From positions 992,001-1,056,000 of the forward strand of contig OZ242220.1 in assembly GCA_965206745.1 (NCBI GenBank): a stretch of 64,000 bases of DNA, given 5' to 3'. Of this stretch, positions 38,976 through 48,600 are shown in pieces. The position numbers and the translations under genes were made by a program. Position 1 is the first letter of the stretch. Each line of letters opens with the position of its first letter. The notes under the pieces were generated by a model that saw only the letters and a list, made by a program, of their open reading frames with translations, ran no database searches and was not told where the DNA came from. Origin of the DNA: Nitrosopumilus sp. (GTDB taxonomy: Archaea > Thermoproteota > Nitrososphaeria > Nitrososphaerales > Nitrosopumilaceae).

Positions 38976-41900
38976 CAGAAAAAAACCAGCATTCCAGGAT
39001 ATCGATTTCCCGGGAACAGTCATGCAAATTGTGCATAACTCACGTTAAGAGGGATTCAAAAAAAGGAAAAAAGGAAAATTTGAACTAGTTTGTTTCTAAC
39101 TTACGGTTATCTCTGTACTAACTGGTGGAGATAGTGCTGTCGGATTGCTCAAGGATTCCCATGCAAATGCAGTGATTTTGTAATCTCCTGCACTAGTTGG
39201 AGTCCATGAAACTGCCGAGCTAAATGACTGACCGCCATATAGTGAGCCTATAATCCACGAGAGTGAGACTGTAACGCCGTTACCATCTTGAATCTGTACC
39301 AAGTATGCAAATTCTTGATCCTTGTCCTGACCACTTGCCAAATCGGCAGTAACCTGTACCTGTTGATCGACTGAAATAGTATCTAAACTATTTTCAAAGG
39401 AATCAAGAGGTCTCAAGTTGCTAACGACTACCCTCTCTAGAGGTGGTACGACTGTACCAATCAGAGTGGTGGCAGTAATCTCAAGTTCATCTGCAGTTGA
39501 GTACGGATCTGGCAGGGTATTGTCCTCGTATTCTACGGTGACTGTGTCACCTTCTGCGACTCTGAGTCTGTGACCTTCGGATTTATCGCCCAGTGTAAAG
39601 AACACTGTGCCCTCGAAGATACCAGTTGCCTCATTAGTCTCAGTTACGGTTAGGTCAATACCTCCAGAATCGGAGTCAGACCACACGTCGACATCAAAGT
39701 TGTCGACTGCTTCTGGATCCAAGTTAACGTCTGGGTCAATTACTCTTACAACACCTGTTCCGGTGGCCGGATAGCTTGCCTCTAACCACTGTACCTCACC
39801 AATATTCCATCTGATTAATGCTGAGCCGACTACTGTCTCATCCTCTGAGAATTCAAAGGAGACTGTTAGTCCGTCATCATCATCAGCTTGTAGGAATCCG
39901 TTGGTTGGGCCTTCGCCTTCGGTTCTTGGTGATGTGTCATCACCTGCAACACCATCGGCATCATGGTGGAATCCTGTAAGGATTACCTCACCAGTAAAGA
40001 TGCCTGTATCAGTACCAGTTTCAACAAGCCTGTATTGATCGAGATCGTTACCTCTGGTAGCGATCGTTACGGGATCCCTCTCGGTTTCTCCGATTTCGTC
40101 AACTAGGTCACTGTCAAAGTTGTGATCTGGTGCGACAATGGTAATGTAGACCTTGTCAGTCCATGTGTAGACCTTTTGGTCAAGCTCCACAGTTGCTCCA
40201 AAGTTTGAAGTGAACAATGTCAAGTTGACATCCTCATCTTCATCACCTACATAGTCAGAACCTGATGGACCCCAATCCGTATACTCTAAGAGGATCTCTT
40301 CCCCTCTTTCAAGAGGATCGCCATCCAATGCTTCGGGAACTTCGATGACAATCTGGAAGATACCAGTACTGTCACCTGTTTCTCTAAAGTCGAGTGGTTC
40401 AGGATCAAATAGTGCTCCTGCGCCGTCAGCATCACCCATGGTGACAGTGGCAGCATCAGAATCCCATTCGATTAGGTCCAAGTCATAAGTCTCGGCCTGA
40501 TCATTGTCCAGATCCAAGTCTGGCTCAATGAGGGTCAAGATCATGTCAGATCCGATAATATATACAGATTTGTCAGATTGCAATACGCCGTTTCTCAGGT
40601 CAAATGTGGCTGAATCAGTCACAGTATTGACATCACCAGAAGCATCAGTTGGATCAGTGTATTCAACTTGGAGAATATCTCCTTGTAGGATACAGTGCTT
40701 TCCTGGGATTACTGTGTCTTGCGGAACAGTAAATCTATCTAGTACGTCACCAGATCGACTGCCATCAGATATCAGATACTGAGTTGTATCTGGACATGAT
40801 GAACTTGCCGGACCGTCAGTGTATCGGACTGTGATATCAGCTTCAAATATGCCTGCATCTGGTGCGATTTCACTGATTGGGCCAAACTCTGGCACAGTGG
40901 ATCTGTTTTGAGCTATATCGTCAACATTAATCTTACCACCTTGGGTTGCCTCACCACCAGCGTATGTTAGTACGACTGTGTTTGAGCCTCTGATAACAGA
41001 TACCTTGACAGGTCCTAATCCAGTTACTGGATCGACATATGCAATGGTATCTTCACCGGATGCTGAAACATCCCAATCTGGATCGTTAATTCTAACGTGA
41101 ATCGTTAGATCTCCCGCGTTTAAGTATTCACCAGAATCCAAACCAGTTGTTTGGTCGGAAATTCCGAGTCCATTTACACCTGATTGGTGGATTGGGAATA
41201 GTGAACGACGGTTGTTGTTATCGATACTTGGGGCATGTGAAGTGTTATCCTCAGGGTTATAGTCAGCAGGTATACCAAATGGTACTGGATAGACTGTTCT
41301 ATCAAGACTTACCGAACCAGTGTTTGCGCGAACGCCTGCACTGTCTCCTACCTCAATGACTTCACCGCTAGCGTCTCTAAAGTCAACATAGTTGACTTCA
41401 ATATCAAGACCTGTTGCGGTTTCTAATCCATTAGTAGGATGGCACCATTGAGCTGGAATTTGGAAGCTGCCAACGAATCTGCCAGAGTCTCTGCTAGTCT
41501 CACCTAGAGTGAAACCAGTTGAACCCAAGCCTACATTGGCATCACTCCCTATACAGGTTGAATGTTCGCCTTCTGTCCAAGTTTGGTCATCAAATGTGAC
41601 ATCTAGTAGTCTGCCGAGTTGATCACCGTTACTTAGTGTAACAGATGTGCCTCCACCAGTTACGTGTGAACTGCCAACAACGTCATAGTTATCATCAGTA
41701 GCGTTTCGGACTATGGTATAGACGTCCTTCGTTTCAGAATCCACGTTCAGATCCAAGTCATCTACTGTAATTATTACGGTATCAGCAGTCTTGTATGAGT
41801 CGCTGTCAAATGATACGACACCAGAGTGGCTCGGAGCTGCTTCTTGATCAGATACCTGCGTTGAAACACCATCCTCACCCAAGTCAAAGTAAGTGACTCT

Positions 41901-44318
41901 GACATCATCTTCGTCAGTCAGATCCTCAATTACGATGAAATCTGGGTCATCTGCGATTGTAGAGAGACCAAGATATGTACTTAGGTCGTTGATGTTTAGC
42001 TGGTTGATCATGGTGTATTCCAAGGTACCTGCAAAGGTACTTGTGTTGTCACCTGTCTCTTCAGCTTCAATTCTGATGATTTGGTTTGCGATCCTATCGG
42101 ATCCTACCAAGCCGTCATTGTTGAAACCAAAGGAGAAGAAGTCTGCAACGATTGGATATTTCTTTGAACCGTCAACTACCATAGGAGGACTGAATTCAAA
42201 TACTAATCCAACGTCGAAGGTCTCCCTAAGACTTGGACTAAATAGATTTCCTGTTACATCCTCAAGGGATAGATAATCCTGTGCGTCACCATTGGTAACT
42301 ATTCTGACTGCGCTAGTACCGTTTTCGAATGCACCAGTAGTAGCATTGATTGGCGTAGTGAATCCAGGATATACAAGATAGATATCCACACTGTTTTCAG
42401 CTGCACCTAGACTTCTAATGTCATAGTTGATCAGGTTGAAGCCAGTGAAAGAGTCATCTCGGTTATCATTTATGCTGTCACGTATGTCTCTCATTGTAGA
42501 GCTCAAATCGATAGCAATTGAACCAATTGAAGTTGGAGTATCTGGTGCGTCGAATTGAATTATAGCTCGTTCACTAAAGGTTTCAACAGTTGCATTACCC
42601 TGTGTTAGAGCGCCAGTCATTATATCGATTCTAGTTCTACCAGTACCATCACTGGATATAGAATTCGAACCCACACCGTCAGGACCTTCATCTATAAGAT
42701 CAGCATGACCTACTACTCGCAGTACTCGTTCACTTTCACCCAAAGTGAATGGATCACCAAGGGTTATGGTTGGAATGAGTCCTACGTTTGGATCAAACAA
42801 ATCCAAGTCTTCTTCAACTTTACTGTTCTTGTTGGCATCACCATCTATGATAATTACCGGGATTATTTCACCCGAGTTCCATTCATCATCAGATGCTTTG
42901 ATGTCAATTACGGCAGTATCAAATTCGGCTGAAATTGAATGACCGACTTCATTGTACTCTATAACGGCAGTTGTGCCCCTTTCTGCATTACTTGTAATTT
43001 TCAATACTGATACATCTTGCTCATCATATGTGGCAAAGATGCCAGTGTTGACCTCTTGTTCAGTAAGAGTTACAGGCCATGAACCTTCACCCAGTATAAG
43101 AGCGGGGTCGTTAGTACCTGTAGCGGTAAGATTATTCACCCCAAAGATATCAGGGTTGTTGGTATCACCGCTTGTACCTAAAATCACAAGATCAGTATCA
43201 ACATTATCCTGAATGGTGACTACAGGAATGTTTACATTATTTTGAGCAATAACATCAAGTAGCAATCTACAATTGGTTTCACACTGCATAGCACGACGTG
43301 AATCTTGAATATCGATTACATCACCAGCAAGTCGACCGTTCTCATCGAATACTTGGTAGTATACACCACCAGGTTGGATGTTAGATCCTTCTACACTTGC
43401 AAGGTTATTCTCGTCTTGGAGATTTGTATTAAACGTCCAAGAGTCTTCGTCAGTTGGGTCGATGTTTAACCACCAGTCTGTAACTGTGGCATGCACTTGT
43501 GTATTATGTGAATACTTTGCCCTATCCAATTCGAGCTTGGCAAATTGTTCAACGCTATCAAAGGTAAGTGTCGTTGATTGAACGCCACCTGCTGCATTGT
43601 ATAGTACGTTGACATTTCCACCTTTTGCCAAATTGTATAGTTGTATGAAGGGCCAATAGTCTGGATTAATACCGATTTGTCCTGCTACTTCGGGAGATGG
43701 GAATCCGTTGATATCCCTCTCTTGACGAAGAACATTTTGGTTATCTGTATCGTCTAGTGGAGCAGTACAACGACCGTCATCCTCAACTGTGGGCATGGAG
43801 CCTACATACATTCCGACTGTTTCAGTTATTGAAACTATACTACCACTGCCACTGATATCGGTATTCTCACTACAGAAAGTACCAAAGTCCAATCCAGAAC
43901 CGGCAAATCGTTCTGCTACGGTTCCATCTGCGATTAGGGCTTGATCTTTATCTGCAAAGTAACCATACCAGGTACCATCAGAGGCTTGAACCATTCTAAG
44001 TTTGTTGCCATTGATGGTGACGTCAGGTTCACCTTTTGACTCGTTTGTCTCATTGATGTCAGAATTTATGACCTTGACCTCAATTACTTGAGGACCAGAC
44101 ATGTAGTTGTCAAACTGGGACTGTTCTGCGGAAACCCTTAGGTTAGCGTTGAGTGCAAATGCCTCCGGCGTTACGCCAGGTGCGGCAATTGTCAGACCAC
44201 CAGCTAACATTATTGTCATAAGCGTTAGACTAGTTATTTTTCGTTTTATTTCGTTATACATGTTATTGATTTTTTACTCTGAAATGAGTATTTAATGTTA
44301 ATGGACGAATCATTCACA
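38945..44318. repeat. 5374-bp direct repeat, copy 2
   Basis: Matches 17916-23289. Confidence 0.95.
39096..44261 (-). CDS. S-layer protein, copy 2
   Basis: Same 1721-aa protein as 18067-23232 except GINPDYW vs GINPNYW. Confidence 0.9.
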   Translation of the reverse strand: MYNEIKRKITSLTLMTIMLAGGLTIAAPGVTPEAFALNANLRVSAEQSQFDNYMSGPQVIEVKVINSDINETNESKGEPDVTINGNKLRMVQASDGTWYGYFADKDQALIADGTVAERFAGSGLDFGTFCSENTDISGSGSIVSITETVGMYVGSMPTVEDDGRCTAPLDDTDNQNVLRQERDINGFPSPEVAGQIGINPDYWPFIQLYNLAKGGNVNVLYNAAGGVQSTTLTFDSVEQFAKLELDRAKYSHNTQVHATVTDWWLNIDPTDEDSWTFNTNLQDENNLASVEGSNIQPGGVYYQVFDENGRLAGDVIDIQDSRRAMQCETNCRLLLDVIAQNNVNIPVVTIQDNVDTDLVILGTSGDTNNPDIFGVNNLTATGTNDPALILGEGSWPVTLTEQEVNTGIFATYDEQDVSVLKITSNAERGTTAVIEYNEVGHSISAEFDTAVIDIKASDDEWNSGEIIPVIIIDGDANKNSKVEEDLDLFDPNVGLIPTITLGDPFTLGESERVLRVVGHADLIDEGPDGVGSNSISSDGTGRTRIDIMTGALTQGNATVETFSERAIIQFDAPDTPTSIGSIAIDLSSTMRDIRDSINDNRDDSFTGFNLINYDIRSLGAAENSVDIYLVYPGFTTPINATTGAFENGTSAVRIVTNGDAQDYLSLEDVTGNLFSPSLRETFDVGLVFEFSPPMVVDGSKKYPIVADFFSFGFNNDGLVGSDRIANQIIRIEAEETGDNTSTFAGTLEYTMINQLNINDLSTYLGLSTIADDPDFIVIEDLTDEDDVRVTYFDLGEDGVSTQVSDQEAAPSHSGVVSFDSDSYKTADTVIITVDDLDLNVDSETKDVYTIVRNATDDNYDVVGSSHVTGGGTSVTLSNGDQLGRLLDVTFDDQTWTEGEHSTCIGSDANVGLGSTGFTLGETSRDSGRFVGSFQIPAQWCHPTNGLETATGLDIEVNYVDFRDASGEVIEVGDSAGVRANTGSVSLDRTVYPVPFGIPADYNPEDNTSHAPSIDNNNRRSLFPIHQSGVNGLGISDQTTGLDSGEYLNAGDLTIHVRINDPDWDVSASGEDTIAYVDPVTGLGPVKVSVIRGSNTVVLTYAGGEATQGGKINVDDIAQNRSTVPEFGPISEIAPDAGIFEADITVRYTDGPASSSCPDTTQYLISDGSRSGDVLDRFTVPQDTVIPGKHCILQGDILQVEYTDPTDASGDVNTVTDSATFDLRNGVLQSDKSVYIIGSDMILTLIEPDLDLDNDQAETYDLDLIEWDSDAATVTMGDADGAGALFDPEPLDFRETGDSTGIFQIVIEVPEALDGDPLERGEEILLEYTDWGPSGSDYVGDEDEDVNLTLFTSNFGATVELDQKVYTWTDKVYITIVAPDHNFDSDLVDEIGETERDPVTIATRGNDLDQYRLVETGTDTGIFTGEVILTGFHHDADGVAGDDTSPRTEGEGPTNGFLQADDDDGLTVSFEFSEDETVVGSALIRWNIGEVQWLEASYPATGTGVVRVIDPDVNLDPEAVDNFDVDVWSDSDSGGIDLTVTETNEATGIFEGTVFFTLGDKSEGHRLRVAEGDTVTVEYEDNTLPDPYSTADELEITATTLIGTVVPPLERVVVSNLRPLDSFENSLDTISVDQQVQVTADLASGQDKDQEFAYLVQIQDGNGVTVSLSWIIGSLYGGQSFSSAVSWTPTSAGDYKITAFAWESLSNPTALSPPVSTEITVS

Positions 44319-44339
44319 TATAGAAATTATTTTGCCTCG

Positions 44340-44720
44340 TCATCAGTGTCTTCCTCCGTCCATTCTGGGTTGATTTTTCTGATTATTTCAGTAGGCATTA
44401 TGTCATCAAATGCGATCTGAGAGGTCACTCCAATGTATTATCTGCTCCTCTATCGTGAGATGGAGTCCCTCAAGCTTGCCGTTTGTCTGAGGGTGCTGTG
44501 ATCTTGAATTTATCAGATCAATTCCCAGATTGAAAAGATTTGCCTCAAATACGTGGATCTGCCACGATTTGGGGGAGATATCCTCTACGAATCCCCACAA
44601 AGCACAAGTCATTATCAGATAGGATGACGGCATGTACTCCGCATCGTTTTATTACATCATGGAGTACCAATACTGCATTCTCAGATGGGGTCTCGGTAAA
44701 TATAGTACAGAGTAAAAATT
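44340..44720 (-). mobile_element. Degraded IS481-like (integrase core) transposase fragment
   Basis: GVHAVILSDN and LGIDLINSRSQHPQTNGKLEGLHLTIEEQI in broken frames. Confidence 0.65.
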
Positions 44721-44859
44721 CGTCAAGATATCAAACAGTATCATTCAATAATCATAAAGATTAGGTATATCATATACATTTTATGCACACACTAGACAAG
44801 GATTTCAAAAACATATTCTGCAAAGAAAAAGATAGTAAGGTTGTTCGGAGAATGCTTGC

Positions 44860-45350
44860 AGTGTACACAGGGTATTGGGAAAAAGGATGACGTATGAAAA
44901 GACAGGCAGTATGCTTATGCGTTCCCCCGACATGGTATCAATATGAGTGCAAAGGTTCAAGGAGGACAGTCTTGATGTCCTCGGGGATCCCCCAGTGGTA
45001 GACATCCAAAAACACAACACAGGAAGATTGACACCATGATAAATGAGACATCCAATTTGCAGATCACGCCATCAGAGTTACATCATCATGAACAGAAACA
45101 TTTTGATAAAATTGTAGTGATGGTGGATATGACACCTCAACATCAGGCAAACAATATCAAAGAGATGCTCAAAAGATACAAGAACATCAAGATAATCTAT
45201 CTGCCAAAGAGATCTACGTATTTGAATGCAGCAGAGTGATGCGGACATCAGGCAAAGCAATGTCTACAGGTTTCTCAATACCATGATACAGTTGAGGCGA
45301 TGCGAGAAAAGATCCCTGAATATTTTAGGATAGTACTATTCAATCTGAGA
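44860..45350 (+). mobile_element. Degraded IS630-like transposase fragment
   Basis: HTH-like ...VQRFKEDSLDVL and DDE-like VVMVDMTPQHQ...IIYLPKRSTYLNAAE*. Confidence 0.65.
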
Positions 45351-45391
45351 AATGACGGCGTTTCTTCAGAGAAAGTTAAAATCCCGATGAA

Positions 45392-45581
45392 CTTTTGATT
45401 GTCATCATATGAGGTCAACGCCGATGCGAAAGTAACCTCGTCTGCAGAGTTTGCTATTGTAATCATTCCAATTCCGGCTCATACAGGTATATGAACTATT
45501 TGATGAACTTTAGCTTTTTTGATTTGATTTTATTAAACTAGAGATCTAAAAGAGGATGCAGGCAGAGTCATTCAACAAGGC
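45392..45581 (-). mobile_element. 5' half, with left TIR, of the second IS903-like copy
   Basis: Reverse complement aligns with 26944-~27122; TIR gagtcattcaacaaggc at 45565-45581. Confidence 0.8.
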
Positions 45582-45686
45582 AGATTTTTTTGGTTATTTT
45601 AGGAGCACAATCAGAACTTGAGGATTGGAGATGAACATAAATGAGAGGAGCTGTAAACATGCAAAAAGTGCTCTCATTTACAGACG

Positions 45687-48600
45687 TCACCCCAAGTTAG
45701 AGGATATAGATGTGGGAGGATCAGTACCAAGATAAAAATTGTCAATGAGAAAGCTATGATGAGAAGATTGATACGAGTGATCAACGAAGTATAGCTGTAC
45801 AGTAATATCGTCTTGCCTGAATATGTGCTCTGAGATATCGGTATTAAATGTATGCCATCCAGCATGACGGTTGTTAGGCGGATAGATGTTATTTTTATAC
45901 AAGGTATTACCAGATTGATCTTTTATTTCAAGATAGATATTCTGTCTTCTAAGATCATAAAAGAGGCCGGATACGTCGTAATCAACACCAATGTACAAAA
46001 GATCATCAGAACTATAATTTTCAAGAGATATGTTTCTGGTAATTCCGGCATTGATGTTAAATCCTTGACCAGTGACGAGAGCATATGGTAGGTGGGGATC
46101 ATATATAGGAGAAGAATTTATTATCTTAAATTTGTAATTACTAAAAGTGTTCTGACGGTCCGATTTATGCACGAATTCGAAATAATTCCAGGAACCCTTA
46201 TTTTCAAATGCATCGATTATACTTTCAAATTCAGGAGGAGTAACTGTGACTGTGAAGGTGTCCTGTACAGAGTTGTGATTTGCATCAGTTGCAGTACATA
46301 TGACTGTCGTGCTGCCTACAGAAAATGACTCACCTGAATGATAGTTACACAGTATGGTTACCGTGAAAAGGTCAGTGGCAGTTGAATTTTCAAAATCTAC
46401 AGGAATACGTTCAGCAGAGAACACCATTACATCGTCTGGGAAATTAACAAAGACGGGATTTGTCGTATCTTGAATCATTATACTTTGGGTAGCGCTAGCT
46501 GTATTTCCCAAGCTGTCTCTTGCAGTCCATGTCACTATTGTTTCACCCAGAGGGAAAGAGTCAGGTGCGTCATTAGTTGCATTTACCGAATCGACATTGT
46601 CTGTAACTGTTGCAGTTCCTATATCTACACTAGTCAGTATACCTGTGGCTTCGGTTGTAACATCAGGTGGCAAGTCAAGTATAGGATCCGTAATATCCCG
46701 TATGGTGACTCTCTGTGTGGCAGTTACAAAGTTGCCAGAGTCATCAGTTGCAGTATATGTTATCAGGGTCATACCAACTGGAAAAGAGTCAGGTGCGTCA
46801 TGAGTAATGGCAACATCAGTGTCCACAATATCACGGGCAGCAGGACTGCCAATATCAAGTGGGGTTAGTTGACCTGTAGCTTCGGCAATAATGTTGTGGG
46901 GAACTGCAATGATCGGGTTTGTGGTGTCCCTAACTGTGACTCTTTGGATAGCAGTTACGGTATTTTCTGCGCCATCCCTTGCAGACCATGTCACTATTGT
47001 TTCACCTAGTGGGAAAGAGTCAGGGGCGTCATTGGTTGCATTTACCGAATCAGTATTGTCTGTAACTGCGGCAGTTCCTATATTTACACTAGTCAGTATA
47101 CCTGTGGCTTCGATTATAATATCTGATGGCAAGACAAGCACAGGATTTGTAGTATCCTGTATTATTATTTTCTGGGTATCAGTTGCAAAGTTGTCAGAGT
47201 CATCAGTTGCAGTCCATGTCACAGTGGTTGTACCTGCTAGGAACGATGTTGGAGCATCACTGGTGATTACAGGTGTTGCATCTACTGTATCAGTTGCAGT
47301 GGCAGTGCCCAGTTGAATCATCGAGAGCAGACCGGTAACCTCCAGTGAGATATCATCTGGTGCCACAATAACAGGTTTTGTAGTGTCCCGTATGGTGACT
47401 CTCTGTGTGGCAGTTACAAAGTTGCCAGAGTCATCAGTTGCAATACATGTCACAATGGTTGTACCGACTGGGAACGAGTCAGGTGCGTCATGGATAATGG
47501 CAACATCAGAGTCCACGATATCACGGGCAGTAGGACTGCCAATGTCAAGTGGGGTTAGTTGGCCTGTAGCCTCGGCAGTAATGTCAATAGGAACTGTGAT
47601 GGTTGGGTTTGTAGTGTCCCTAACTGTGACTCTTTGGATGGCAGTTACGGTATTGTCTGCGCCATCCCTTGCAGTCCATGTCACCATTGTTTCACCTAGT
47701 GGAAACGAGTCAGGTGCGTCATTGGTTGCATTTATCGAATCGACATTGTCTGTAACTGTTGCAGTTCCTATATCTACACTGGTCAGTATACCTGTGGCTT
47801 CTGTTGTAACATCAGGTGGCAAGTCAAGTATAGGATCCGTAATATCCCGTATGGTGACTCTCTGTGTGGCAGTTACAATGTTGCCAGAGTCATCAGTTGC
47901 AGTATATGTTATCAAGGTCATACCGACTGGAAAAGAGTCAGGTGCGTCATGAGTAATGGCAACATCAGTGTCCACGATATCACGGGCAGACGGACTGCCA
48001 ATGTCAAGTGAGGTTAGAGTACCTGTAGCTTCGGCAATAATGTTGTGGGGGATTGCAATGATCGGGTCTGTGGTGTCCCTAACTGTGACTCTTTGGATAG
48101 CAGTCACGGTATTGTCTGCGCCATCCCTTGCAGTCCATGTCACCATTGTTTCACCCAGTGGAAACGAGTCAGGTGCGTCATTGGTTGCAGTTATGGAACC
48201 GGCATTGTCTGTAACTGTTGCAGTTCCTATATTTACACTGGTCTGTATACCTGAGGCTTCGATTATAATATCTGATGGCAAGACAAGCACAGGATCCGTA
48301 GTATCCTGTATTATTATTTTCTGGGTATCAGTTGCAAAGTTGCCAGAGTCATCAGTTGCAGTATATGTTACTATGGTTGTACCTACTAGGAACGATGTTG
48401 GAGCATCACTGGTGATTACAGGTGTTGCATCTACTGTATCAGTTGCAGTGGCAGTGCCCAGTTGAATCATCGAGAGCAGACCGGTAACCTCCAGTGAGAT
48501 ATCATCTGGTGCCACAATAACAGGTTTTGTAGTATCCTGTATGGTGACTCTCTGGATGGCAGTTGCAGAGTTGCCAGAGTCATCAGTTGCAGTATATGTT

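Noticed and set aside
38708-39088. ORFs 38708-39088 and 38767-39048 as genes
   Set aside because: They are read-throughs of the tandem repeat, IS debris and the terminator region.
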